Origin: Candidatus Bathyarchaeota archaeon
GTDB lineage: Archaea > Thermoproteota > Bathyarchaeia > Bathyarchaeales > Bathycorpusculaceae
NCBI GenBank assembly: GCA_963733095.1
Contig: CAVTBV010000003.1
Coordinates: 32,001 to 96,000, forward strand
Direction of reading: 5' to 3'
DNA length: 64,000 nt
Position 1 is the stretch's first letter, and each line of letters begins with the position of its first letter. The translations under genes and the position numbers were made by a program. Below the pieces are notes generated by a model. That model saw only the letters and a program-made list of their open reading frames with translations, had not been told where the DNA came from and did no database searches. Below, piece by piece: positions 1 through 9,840 of the stretch.

Positions 1-84
1 CACATCCAGACAAAGAACATGAAGGAATTTGTCGATTGGCTCTGGACACTACTAGAGCCGCGTGTACAAGCCAAAGCTCGCTAA
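1..84 (+). CDS. 3' end of a gene entering the window (…HIQTKNMKEFVDWLWTLLEPRVQAKAR*), product unknown
   Basis: Frame 1 open to TAA at 82-84, followed by long T-tracts. Confidence 0.5.
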   Translation, partial: HIQTKNMKEFVDWLWTLLEPRVQAKAR

Positions 85-88
85 ACGT

Positions 89-137
89 ATTTTTTTTGTT
101 TTCTATTTTCTTTTTAATTTTTTTTGTTTCTTCTTTA
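89..137 (+). terminator. Archaeal oligo-T terminator
   Basis: Several T6-T9 runs directly after the stop codon. Confidence 0.5.
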
Positions 138-507
138 GCGTTGTGGCTCTCTCATTCTTCAGTTTAATTGTGTATTCTTGGAATGAATTCTTTCCTTTCT
201 AAGATAATTACCCCAAATTGAAGTGTTATATTCATTTCCATTTTGTTAATTTTGCCCTTTACCTATTTTACCCAAGTTTTCTAAATTTCTAAATTCTATA
301 TTCGCATATATTATGGGTTGGTTAATATGAAAAATTGTAGTAGAGTATAGAGTAGGTTGTGTAGTTCCATATATTATTAGTGCGCAAGGTATTGAGCGAT
401 TGACAAAGACTGTATGTAAATCAGACGTCTAGATTTTCTAGTTTTTACTCTTCAGGCAAGCTCAAATATACATAAGCTCGATGGCAGTCCAAAAAGAGGT
501 ATAAGAA

Positions 508-965
508 ATGAGTGAAGATAATCAAAATCCAATAAAAATAGCGAGAAAGCTTGGAGCATACATTGGAGATAATCTTGGAGAAAAAGCATTGCAAGAGCTT
601 GAACTAGCATTTGTTAATTCGATACTCTCAAGATTATCGGATAATCCATACATTCGAATGAGGCAACATTGTCTTTTTCACTGGGACCAGTCATACTTGA
701 AATCAACACTCCTTGACAAATTTTATGATTGCTTACCAGACACTATCGAAAAATTGAATTTCACCACAAATCCCCTGAAGTACTGTTCGGAAGTATAACA
801 GACGATAAGACAAATCCCAAAATGATAATTCCAGCCTTCACGGGAGTGAGTATAGCTAAAATAAATGAGCTTGCTACATTCGTTGTAGGCTCTAAGTGTC
901 AAGAAATTGTAAACTTGTTAAACAAGTTTATGGAAGGTGTTATCGCAGGTGAAGAAGCGGCATGA
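508..965 (+). pseudogene. Hypothetical gene, probably split by a frameshift (ORFs 508-798 and 729-965)
   Basis: GAGGT RBS before ATG 508; two same-strand ORFs overlap by 70 nt in different frames. Confidence 0.35.
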
Positions 966-1123
966 CAATTATGGAACCTTTTAAGCAAAAACAGACTGAA
1001 TAGACCGTTGTGCATCTGTTTACCAACCTTAATTTTCTGGTGTTTGGATTAACTTCGTCAACTTCAAAAATGCTATTTAATGCCAAGGTTTTGCAGCAAT
1101 AAATTAGTGAGAGGTTAGGTTAC

Positions 1124-1501
1124 TTAGTTTTCCCATACAGATAAAATGGATGGTTTTAACAAATTGGTTGAAATGAAATAGCAGTCGCTGTCTAAGAGCA
1201 AACTTAGGTTATGTTGACTGACGAAATCTTTTATGTTTAAAAGGTCGTCGTTGTTGACTGCGCTTTGCTCAAAAGTTAAAACAATTCCATCTTTTAAGGT
1301 ATCAAGCATCTTAACGTCTAAACTGCAGGTAGCCCCAATTTCTCTCTTAAACACCATAGCCTCAAATATCTTCAATTTTTCTATCCCCATCCAAATTTCG
1401 CTGCTCACTACGCCAAAAATATCTGGACAGGTGAATGCAAACTTGGGTACAATGTAACTGTGGACTTGAGCTCTCTTAAGGCTTCGTGTTTTAGGTGCCA
1501 A
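1124..1501 (-). CDS. Hypothetical protein (true start possibly the internal Met, MGIEKLK)
   Basis: 125-aa ORF, no recognised motif. Confidence 0.45.
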   Translation of the reverse strand: MAPKTRSLKRAQVHSYIVPKFAFTCPDIFGVVSSEIWMGIEKLKIFEAMVFKREIGATCSLDVKMLDTLKDGIVLTFEQSAVNNDDLLNIKDFVSQHNLSLLLDSDCYFISTNLLKPSILSVWEN

Positions 1502-1730
1502 AAAAGCGTTTGCTACTTAAACCACATTGAATAGAGGCTAAATCAAAAAAGGAAGGGAATATTGGCTTAAAAGAAAAGCCATCGTATTTAAAGACCTCGT
1601 GAAAAAAGTTACTGAAAACGCAAAAGTTACACCTACCACTTAACGTGTAGATGTTAAAGGAATTTGTGAATAAAGCGCTAAAACAAGTAAATCTGGGCAA
1701 TAATGTATCAATTACCTTAATTTGGTATTC

Positions 1731-2072
1731 TTAGAATACACCTATCAGTTTTACTACTGCAAAACCTATTGAAACGGCAGCAACCAAAAACATGATTTTT
1801 CCCTTAGACTTTGCCAAGCCACTATATTCACCCTCGCCCTGTTGGAACTCGTATTCCTTAATTTCTTTAGTCTTAGAATTTATTTGAACTTTAGTCGATA
1901 ACTTTTGAAACGTCATTTCGACAACATAGAGTTCTCCATCCAAAGAGACTTTCATTGGCAACCAGTTTCCTTTGTAACCTAACCGCTTTAGAAAGTCTGC
2001 TGTCAAATTCGTAGCATTTTCTGCATCGAACTGTGAAATCTCTGGTGAAACCTCTGGTTGATCTGTCGACAT
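1731..2072 (-). CDS. Small protein with PepSY-like alpha/beta domain and C-terminal membrane anchor
   Basis: Helix then YVVEM…KVQINSKTKEIKEYE; hydrophobic tail IMFLVAAVSIGFAVVKLIGVF. Confidence 0.6.
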   Translation of the reverse strand: MSTDQPEVSPEISQFDAENATNLTADFLKRLGYKGNWLPMKVSLDGELYVVEMTFQKLSTKVQINSKTKEIKEYEFQQGEGEYSGLAKSKGKIMFLVAAVSIGFAVVKLIGVF

Positions 2073-2200
2073 TAATCATCCCACTGAAATAAGCAGTTCT
2101 ATATTTTAGGAGTTATGAAGCCAAAAACAATATTTTTAATCAACAGAAGCTTAGTGCAAAAATAAGTTAGTTTTTCCTAAAAATCAAGTGAGAAAAAAGG

Positions 2201-2419
2201 TTATGGTGGTGGTTGACTTGGCAGTTCAGGTTGAGTTTGATTAAAAAGATTGTCGGTTTGGTTTAGAATGCTGCTTTCTATGTTTCTTATTCTGTCAAGC
2301 TGAGGGATGTTCTGAGTGTTTAGAGTCTGCTGAATTACGCCTACCGCGTAGTCCACAACTACGCAGGAAAGAATAACGGTTGAAGCAACCAAAAGCAAAA
2401 CTGCAACTGTAGTCTCCAA
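2201..2419 (-). CDS. Small pilin-like protein lacking a basic leader
   Basis: GGAG RBS + TTG; N-terminal 28 aa align without gaps to the mature N-terminus of the pilins at 16609/17300. Confidence 0.6.
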   Translation of the reverse strand: METTVAVLLLVASTVILSCVVVDYAVGVIQQTLNTQNIPQLDRIRNIESSILNQTDNLFNQTQPELPSQPPP

Positions 2420-2572
2420 GATTTCTCCTTCTCCAGTTGGACATTGTTGAAAAATTGTTTAATAGGTTGTTCTGATCTTGGAATATTGCAGTTTTAATAA
2501 TACGGACTAAAATAACCAAAAGAAAGGGAATTACTTAGAATCTTTGATCTGGTTACTGTTTTTATGGGACGC

Positions 2573-2980
2573 TTAAGGTGCAGCGGTTGGTGAGGCTGGA
2601 GCTGCAGTGGCGGCGGGCGCGGCTTCTGTTTTCTTCGATGCAGGCTGGTTTGAGGAAGAGTTTGATAGAATCTGTATCTTTTCCGCCATGGGGTGAAGCA
2701 AGTCAGGCGGTGGATATGGCGTGTTCAAGTTAGATGATAGTATGTAGATCGAGTTGAAGACATGTTGGTAGATGGTGAAGAGGACTTGAGGAATCTTGGT
2801 TTTCGGGTTAACTTCCAGTTTCTTCTTGATGTCATCAGGCTTTCCTGACATAGTTACTATGCCTGAAGTTGAATATTTAACGACGTTTGGCTTAGTAGAA
2901 ATTAATAATGCAAAAGAGAGAGTCACTTGGTTGTTCTCTTTTTTCTGCTCTTCAATCTTTGCATTTATGTCAAAGAACAA
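2573..2980 (-). CDS. Conserved archaeal hypothetical protein, possible SecB-like fold; frame stays open upstream to ~3103
   Basis: Alternating beta-strand pattern, helix, then PYPPP; Ala/Pro-rich tail. Confidence 0.65.
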   Translation of the reverse strand: MFFDINAKIEEQKKENNQVTLSFALLISTKPNVVKYSTSGIVTMSGKPDDIKKKLEVNPKTKIPQVLFTIYQHVFNSIYILSSNLNTPYPPPDLLHPMAEKIQILSNSSSNQPASKKTEAAPAATAAPASPTAAP

Positions 2981-3173
2981 CTCTTCTGCAGCGGAGTAGA
3001 TGCCGGTTCGTTCAGCCTGTAAACTGTTTAAACTTATGGAAACGACGACTCCGGAGACAGAATACTGTGGGTTTACGGGTAATTCCTCTCTATTTAATTT
3101 CTGCTATTTTCATATTTAACTCTTGTATTCTACTACTCCATTAAATCACCATAAAAACCGGTTATTTCGGGTT

Positions 3174-3746
3174 TTATGGGTTCTCTGAAGCGCTGTAGTA
3201 TGCAGGCACTGAAAGCTCTGCAATGAACTTGAACGATTCATCTCCTTTACCGTTTGCTTTTTGTTTTAGCACAATTTTTTTGGGGACATCCTCTTCTATG
3301 TAAACTATATAGTTGACTGTGGTTCCTAAACCAAGACGACCGAGCTGCTGTATGGTTCCCTTAAACTTCTCGAATTCTTGGACCTTGGCTTTAATTTTCT
3401 CCATAGCTTCAAACAGAATCTCAGTTTGACCTTGCTCAGTGAAAGAGATAGCTATGTCGCCTGACTGAATCCAACAAGCAGTCTCTTCTTTGCCTTTTGC
3501 TCCTTTGCCGCCTTTCTTTGACTTATCTGCCTCTGCTGGCTTTTTTGACTGTGCCTTGAGGGTTTTTTGGAGAGCGGCAGATTTTTGGAACCACTCTTCA
3601 CTTTTGTGATTGGTCTCGGCATCTCTCAGCACTGTGCCCAGCCATTGGCTGTAATCTTCGAAAAGTGCTTTGTATTGGCCTGATTGAACTGCCAAATACT
3701 CGGATAACTCTTTTAGCGATGAAAACGTGTGTATTTCTGTGCCCAA
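3174..3746 (-). CDS. Hypothetical coiled-coil protein
   Basis: 190-aa ORF with two long amphipathic helices, Lys/Gly-rich linker, C-terminal YIVYIEEDVPKKIVLK. Confidence 0.75.
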   Translation of the reverse strand: MGTEIHTFSSLKELSEYLAVQSGQYKALFEDYSQWLGTVLRDAETNHKSEEWFQKSAALQKTLKAQSKKPAEADKSKKGGKGAKGKEETACWIQSGDIAISFTEQGQTEILFEAMEKIKAKVQEFEKFKGTIQQLGRLGLGTTVNYIVYIEEDVPKKIVLKQKANGKGDESFKFIAELSVPAYYSASENP

Positions 3747-3903
3747 TTTTTTCGCTCCGTAACAATTCTTTTTCGTAAGTATGAAGTTAAGATGGATACA
3801 ATGACTCCGTTTTTGGATAATAGGGTTTGTCTATCGCAGAAATTACATACTCTTTACTCTGACCCAAGACGACCTCCCTTGCGCCAAAACAGCTCTGCCT
3901 TTG

Positions 3904-4971
3904 TCAACTCTTAGCTTTCTCATAAGCGTTAGAAATTGCTTCGCTCGTCAAAACACCCACTATCTTGGTCGGTGTTTCCTTATCTACTACGGGAATCAGG
4001 TCAATTCTTTGGCGGGTCATAATCTTGTTGACTTCAAGAATTGACTCATCCTCATGGATGGAGATGTTTCTCAGCGGCATCTGCTCAACTCTAAGGACAC
4101 CTCGTTCCTCCAGCTTGACCTTCATAAGCTCATTCCACGTGATTACACCTATGAAAACGCCATCTTTTTCTACTAAGGCGTCGTGGTATCGGTTGTTGAA
4201 CATCACTTCTATAGCTTCAGCGAGGCTTTGCTGGGGATTCACGGATCCAAATTCGGATTGCATGACATCCTTAACCCGGACGCCCGCCAGGGTTGTAGAA
4301 ATAATTGTTTGTTCGGCTTCTTCACTGGCACCTATGTAAACAAAAATCCCTACCAAAATCAATAGGAAGTAGTTTGGAATCAAAAAGCCCACGACAACCA
4401 TTGCTATTCCGAATATTTTTCCTATGTAAACAGCGTATCTTGTTGCGTCTGAATATTTTAGGCGTTCAGCAAGCAAGGCCCTGAAGACTCTACCGCCGTC
4501 CATTGGAAAAGCTGGTATTAGATTGAAAGCGCCGAGAAGTATGTTTAGAATGGCGAGGTCAGTTAGGATGTTTCCTGTTATTGTTGTGAAGGTAGAGATA
4601 GACAGTGCTTGTGGCGAAATTATTAGGCTTACTCCTAAAAGGGCAACTCCCAAAACCAGACTTGTAAGCGGACCCGCAACTGCCATTCGCCACTCCTGCG
4701 AGGGGTTATCGGGGATTTCTTCAATCTCCGACACTCCGCCTATGGGGTAAAGTATGATTTTTCGAACTCTAATTCCATAATGTCTTGCTACGATGGAATG
4801 GGCAAGTTCATGGAAAACTACAAAAATGAATAGGAACAGAACAACAAAAAATGTGTAAAACTGCAGTGAAATCGAAGATAAAACTAAAACTGCAGCGATT
4901 AAGAGAATGAACGTGAAGTGCAGTTCGATTGGAATTCCCCAAGCGGAACCTATCTTAAAAGAATATTTCAT
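3904..4971 (-). CDS. Site-2 (M50) membrane metalloprotease with CBS domains
   Basis: HELAH zinc motif, NLIPAFPMDGGR, TM helices, CBS pair; start moved to ATG 4971 (MKYSFKIG). Confidence 0.93.
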   Translation of the reverse strand: MKYSFKIGSAWGIPIELHFTFILLIAAVLVLSSISLQFYTFFVVLFLFIFVVFHELAHSIVARHYGIRVRKIILYPIGGVSEIEEIPDNPSQEWRMAVAGPLTSLVLGVALLGVSLIISPQALSISTFTTITGNILTDLAILNILLGAFNLIPAFPMDGGRVFRALLAERLKYSDATRYAVYIGKIFGIAMVVVGFLIPNYFLLILVGIFVYIGASEEAEQTIISTTLAGVRVKDVMQSEFGSVNPQQSLAEAIEVMFNNRYHDALVEKDGVFIGVITWNELMKVKLEERGVLRVEQMPLRNISIHEDESILEVNKIMTRQRIDLIPVVDKETPTKIVGVLTSEAISNAYEKAKS

Positions 4972-5165
4972 AACATAAAGTGAATAAAGTTGACTTTTTA
5001 AAGTTTCGACAACAAAAGTTCGGGATGCAACGGTTTGTTTTATAATTGGAAATGTCGTGTTTTCCATAAAATTATAATAGCAACAATAGTATATGCGCTG
5101 GATAGCTAACACTTACTCGATAGGAGCAAGGTTCAAAAAATCAGGGTGAAAATGGAGAGAGGTAC

Positions 5166-5663
5166 TTGAATAAGAAAGTTTTAGGTTTAGTTGTGGTAAT
5201 CATCGTTGTTTGCGCTTCAGTGGCTGTTTTGTTTGCCTCGTCTTTGTTGGCTCCAGCTCAGCAGCCCACGGGGGAACTGGATTTCACTGTCACGGGCTTA
5301 AGTGACTGCCTAAGATTCTTAAATAGCTCTGTTCCTGCAGTCTATGTGCCTTTTACGACTGCTGCAAACACTAATTGGCAGTTAACCATAAACTGCACTA
5401 AAATGTCAGGCGGCGTCAACGGCTACACCGATGTATACGTTTACAAGGGCTACTGGAACTGTGGAAGCAACTACACCTGCACATCAAGCGAACTATACCC
5501 AATCCTAAACAACATACAATGCACAGACCAACAAATACGCCTTGATAGTTCATTCACAGAAACCTATGGCGGGTCAACGCAGCAGAGCTACACCCTATTC
5601 TTTGTGTTTCCACCAGGCGGACAACAATCTACATTCCACGTTACATTAAAACAGGTGCAATAG
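5166..5663 (+). CDS. Secreted/membrane-anchored hypothetical protein
   Basis: GAGGT RBS + TTG; N-terminal signal anchor; beta-rich T/S/N domain. Confidence 0.75.
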   Translation: MNKKVLGLVVVIIVVCASVAVLFASSLLAPAQQPTGELDFTVTGLSDCLRFLNSSVPAVYVPFTTAANTNWQLTINCTKMSGGVNGYTDVYVYKGYWNCGSNYTCTSSELYPILNNIQCTDQQIRLDSSFTETYGGSTQQSYTLFFVFPPGGQQSTFHVTLKQVQ

Positions 5664-5723
5664 TGGAATACCTCTTATTCATACTCCAATAGGCTGAAAA
5701 CGATCTGCAATAGAGTTATATAA

Positions 5724-6119
5724 TTGCCTAAGTTAGTTTATTTGAGGATGTTTTTGTCAGAGTGTATTTGGAACAAACCCGTTTTAAGTTTTTACCGAGA
5801 AAATAATGAGCAGCCAGAAACCGAAGCTTTCGCTGTAATTAAAGCAAAAAAATTAGTTGTTTCAGCCACAGAAGATGGTGGCTTTAGCTTTAGCGGCAGG
5901 ATTGAAGATTTCTTTTGTTTAATGGGAGACTTAGACCAGGTTCAAGCTTGCAACAAGTATGTTGTGTGTTGGTTTGATGATTCAGTCGAAGATTTTTATG
6001 CTGGTTTTAGGCGGTTATCAGGAGTTGCTTTTCCCACGGCGCCAAATTACACTATGGACAAGCGGAATAAGCGAACCTACAATACGGCATTCCAAGCTAA
6101 ACATGCTAAACTAAAATAG
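5724..6119 (+). CDS. Hypothetical protein
   Basis: 131-aa ORF with protein-like composition. Confidence 0.6.
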   Translation: MPKLVYLRMFLSECIWNKPVLSFYRENNEQPETEAFAVIKAKKLVVSATEDGGFSFSGRIEDFFCLMGDLDQVQACNKYVVCWFDDSVEDFYAGFRRLSGVAFPTAPNYTMDKRNKRTYNTAFQAKHAKLK

Positions 6120-6262
6120 TTAAATCCAAGTTTTAGCGCAAAATTCCCTCTTTGAATAAGGATTTTTATGTCCTAAGCGCCCGCTTTAACCTTGAATTTT
6201 TCAGATTTTTTAAACTCACTCTTAAATATAACTCCATAAACTACATTGGTAAGGTCATAGTC

Positions 6263-6664
6263 ATGGTTGAGCAAAAGTTACAGGTAACTTTGCTTACAGG
6301 TCGCACGATTGAGCAAGGTGTTGGCAAAGAGAAAGGTAAAACTTCAAAAGAATACTTTGATGCTTGTTCAATGTGCTACATGGATGCAGACGACATGAAG
6401 AAACTTGGCATAAAAAATAACACTAATATTTTGCTAACCACCCCTGACGGTTCAGTCGTTCTTAAAGCCGTAAAGTACCCTCGCTCTGCGACTCCTGGCT
6501 TAATTTACGTTCCTTATGGACCATGGGCAAACGCTGTATGCAGCAACAAAACCACCAGCATCGGCATGCCGTCTTTTAAGGGCACTCCCGCTGAAGTTGA
6601 ACCAGCACCTAATCTTCCCGTCCTAACCATAGAGGAACTCTTGAAAGAAGAATTTGGGAGATAA
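6263..6664 (+). CDS. fwdD: Formylmethanofuran dehydrogenase subunit D
   Basis: LLTGRTIEQG, YVPYGPWAN, GMPSFKG motifs; start moved to ATG 6263. Confidence 0.93.
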   Translation: MVEQKLQVTLLTGRTIEQGVGKEKGKTSKEYFDACSMCYMDADDMKKLGIKNNTNILLTTPDGSVVLKAVKYPRSATPGLIYVPYGPWANAVCSNKTTSIGMPSFKGTPAEVEPAPNLPVLTIEELLKEEFGR

Positions 6665-6668
6665 CAAA

Positions 6669-8141
6669 ATGACGGTCATTAATTCTGTAACGTGTCCAAT
6701 CTGCGGTTGCTTATGCGATGACATAGAAGTGACCGTTGAGAATAACGAAGTCGTCAAAATCAAAAACGGTTGTGCCATTTGCGAGTCTAAATTCATCGGT
6801 TACCGTGGCGAACACAGGGTTAAAACTCCATTAATGAGAAAGGATGGGAAACTTGTTCCAGTTTCCATGAATGAAGCAGTGCAAGCAGCGGCGGAGATTT
6901 TAGCGAATGCGACTTACCCGATACTCTATGGTTGGAGCTCAACGAGTTCTGAAGCTCAACGCGTCGGAGTAGAATTAACTGAAGAAATCAGCGGAATCAT
7001 GGACAACACCGCTGTAGTTTGCCATGGTCCCTCTATTTTGGGTGTTCAAGAAGTAGGAATTCCCACATGTACTTTGGGGCAGATTCGGCATCGTGCAGAC
7101 TTAATTATTTATTGGGGATGTGACCCGTGGAGTGCACATCCAAGGCACCTTGAAAGATACACAAACTTCACTGAAGGCCGATTTGAGAAAAGCGCGTGGA
7201 AGGCTTACATGCAGAAACTCAAATCTCAAGCCGGACAAAAAAAGATGCTGAGCGCCATGAGAATTGAACCTAGTACTACTCAGATAAGAACCCAGACTTG
7301 CGCTGTTCCCGGTATGCCTCAAACAATGAACACAGAAGGGCGAAAACTAATCGTTATTGACGTTAGAAAAACTATGTCTGCAGAGATGGCTGATTACTTC
7401 ATTCAGGTTGCACCAAATAAAGACTACGAACTGATGCAGGCGCTTCGCGTCTTAGTCACTGATGGAGAACTCGATGTTGACACAGTGGCAGGTGTTTCGG
7501 TTGAGTTCCTCAAACAAGTCGCCGATGCCTTAGTAAACTGTGGGTTCGGAGTAATCTTCTTCGGTATGGGCTTAACTCAAACCGCAGGCAAATTCCGCAA
7601 CATCGAAGTCGCAATCCAACTGGTTCGCGACTTAAACACAAGAACAAAATTCACAATCATGCCAATGAGAGGACACTTCAACGTTACAGGCGCAGACGTG
7701 GTTTCTGCTTGGCAAAGCGGCTACCCATACGGCGTTGACTTCTCACTTGGGTATCCACGTTATAATCCAGGAGAAACGACATGCACGGACATTCTTTTGC
7801 GTGAAGAAAACGATGCGTCACTTGTTATAGCGGCTGATCCTGGCTCAAACTTTCCCAAGAAAGCCGTCCAAAACATGGTTAAGCACCCATTAATCGTGAT
7901 CGACCCCCACATGAACGCTACTTCAATGTTGGGTGACATTGTGTTCCCCACTGCGTTCGTCGGAATAGAAGTCGAAGGTACAGCGTACCGCATGGATCAC
8001 GTTCCACTGCCGCTTAAGAAGGTTGTGGAACCTCCAAAAGGAATACTTTCAGACGAAGAAATCTTGACGAGAATCCTGAAGGAAGTCAAAGAAATAAAAT
8101 CTAAAAAAAACCCAAAAGCCGCAAAAAAAGCGGAGGCTTAA
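6669..8141 (+). CDS. fwdB: Formylmethanofuran dehydrogenase subunit B (W/Mo-pterin catalytic subunit)
   Basis: CPICGCLCDD Fe-S motif, VCHGPS (Cys ligand), PMRGHFNV, EGTAYRMD. Confidence 0.96.
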   Translation: MTVINSVTCPICGCLCDDIEVTVENNEVVKIKNGCAICESKFIGYRGEHRVKTPLMRKDGKLVPVSMNEAVQAAAEILANATYPILYGWSSTSSEAQRVGVELTEEISGIMDNTAVVCHGPSILGVQEVGIPTCTLGQIRHRADLIIYWGCDPWSAHPRHLERYTNFTEGRFEKSAWKAYMQKLKSQAGQKKMLSAMRIEPSTTQIRTQTCAVPGMPQTMNTEGRKLIVIDVRKTMSAEMADYFIQVAPNKDYELMQALRVLVTDGELDVDTVAGVSVEFLKQVADALVNCGFGVIFFGMGLTQTAGKFRNIEVAIQLVRDLNTRTKFTIMPMRGHFNVTGADVVSAWQSGYPYGVDFSLGYPRYNPGETTCTDILLREENDASLVIAADPGSNFPKKAVQNMVKHPLIVIDPHMNATSMLGDIVFPTAFVGIEVEGTAYRMDHVPLPLKKVVEPPKGILSDEEILTRILKEVKEIKSKKNPKAAKKAEA

Positions 8142-8144
8142 AAA

Positions 8145-9839
8145 ATGACTGAGATGCTCATAAAAAATGGTTTCGTTTTTGACCCCATTAACGGGATTAA
8201 CGGCGAAAAGATGGATATAGCCATAAAAAATGGTAAAATCGTTGAAAAAGTCACACGCAAAGCCCAAGTAATCGATGCAGCAGGCTTAACAATTATGCCT
8301 GGCGCTGTCGACATTCACACTCACATTGCAGGCGGAGAAGTAAACACCGGAAGAATGGTTCGCCCAGAAGACCATATTAAAGATGTAGTCAGCAAAACGG
8401 TTAACACACGGTCAGGAACGGGTTACTCGATTCCCTCCACATTTGTGACTGGTTACCGATATTCACAGATGGGTTACACCACAGTCATGAACCCATCTAT
8501 GGCGCCTCTGGAAGCAAAACATACTCACGAAGAATTAAACGACATACCCCTTCTAGACAAAGCCACATATCCTTTGCTGGGTGACTGGTGGTTTGTACTA
8601 GAAAACCTTGCAAAAGGCAACATCGAAGAATGCGCAAGACATGTCGCTTGGATGATGGATATAACCAAAGGTTACGCCATAAAAATCGTTAACCCAGGCG
8701 GCTTAGAATCTTGGGGTTTCGGACACAACGTTCACAGCATCGACGACCAAGTTCCCAACTTCTGTATTACCCCACGCGAAATCATATGTGGTCTAGCTAA
8801 AGTTAATGCAATGCTAAACTTGCCTCACTCGATTCACCTTCATACTAACAACCTTGGACTACCAGGCAATTATACAACAACACTTGAAACAATGAAGGCA
8901 CTAGAAAGCGTTCCGCTCCAAAATGGCAGACCCGTTTGCCACATTACTCACTTGCAATTCGCCAGTTTCGGCGGTGACGGCTGGGGCAACATGAAGTCAG
9001 CAGCAGAAGAAGTCTCAAGTTACATCAACGCTCACAACCACATGACCTTCGACATGGGGCAAGTCATATTTACAGACACCACAACTATGACTGCAGATGG
9101 ACCATTCGAGTTTACACTCTACCAACTAAGCGGACACAAGTGGGTCAACAGCGACGTAGAAACCGAAACAAGCGGCGGCATCATCCCATTCCACTACAAG
9201 AAAAACAACGCCGTGAACGCAAAACAGTGGTCAATCGGCTTAGAATTGGCCTTACTAATCAAGGATCCCTGGAAAATGTTCCTATCAACTGACCACCCCA
9301 ACGGTGGACCCTTCTTTGCTTATCCAAGAGTTCTCGCTTGGCTATACAGCAAAAAAGCACGCGAGGCAACCCTGAAGCATTGCCACAAGAAAGCTCAAAG
9401 GGCAAGCCTACTACCAACAATTGACCGTGAAATGTCGCTCTATGAATTAGCCATAATGACTCGCGCTGGACAAGCCAAAGCCTTAGGACTCAAAAACAAA
9501 GGTCAACTTGGCGTAGGCGCAGATGGTGATGTTGCAATTTACGCGATTAACCCTGAAACAACCGACATAGCCAGCAAATACAAGACAGTGCGTAGAGCCT
9601 TCAAGCATGCAGCTTACACGATTAAAGACGGCAAAATCGTTGTCAAAGACGGCGAAGTAGTCGGACAAGCAGACGGGAGAACAATGTGGCTCAACGTTCA
9701 AACAAAAGAACCCTGCAAAATCGACGAAGACATGAAGAGCAAATTCAAACAGTACTGGACGGTTGACTACGAAAACTATCCAGTAAGCGATCATTACGTC
9801 AAAGTTAAAGATCCAATAACCATTAAGGCGAGCGTCTAA
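8145..9839 (+). CDS. fwdA: Formylmethanofuran dehydrogenase subunit A (amidohydrolase)
   Basis: DIHTHIAG, KIVNPGG, HLHTNNLG, STDHPNGGPF. Confidence 0.97.
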   Translation: MTEMLIKNGFVFDPINGINGEKMDIAIKNGKIVEKVTRKAQVIDAAGLTIMPGAVDIHTHIAGGEVNTGRMVRPEDHIKDVVSKTVNTRSGTGYSIPSTFVTGYRYSQMGYTTVMNPSMAPLEAKHTHEELNDIPLLDKATYPLLGDWWFVLENLAKGNIEECARHVAWMMDITKGYAIKIVNPGGLESWGFGHNVHSIDDQVPNFCITPREIICGLAKVNAMLNLPHSIHLHTNNLGLPGNYTTTLETMKALESVPLQNGRPVCHITHLQFASFGGDGWGNMKSAAEEVSSYINAHNHMTFDMGQVIFTDTTTMTADGPFEFTLYQLSGHKWVNSDVETETSGGIIPFHYKKNNAVNAKQWSIGLELALLIKDPWKMFLSTDHPNGGPFFAYPRVLAWLYSKKAREATLKHCHKKAQRASLLPTIDREMSLYELAIMTRAGQAKALGLKNKGQLGVGADGDVAIYAINPETTDIASKYKTVRRAFKHAAYTIKDGKIVVKDGEVVGQADGRTMWLNVQTKEPCKIDEDMKSKFKQYWTVDYENYPVSDHYVKVKDPITIKASV

Positions 9840-9840
9840 A

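Noticed and set aside
6669-8141. Selenocysteine-containing FwdB
   Set aside because: The ligand codon is TGC (Cys) in VCHGPS and there is no in-frame TGA
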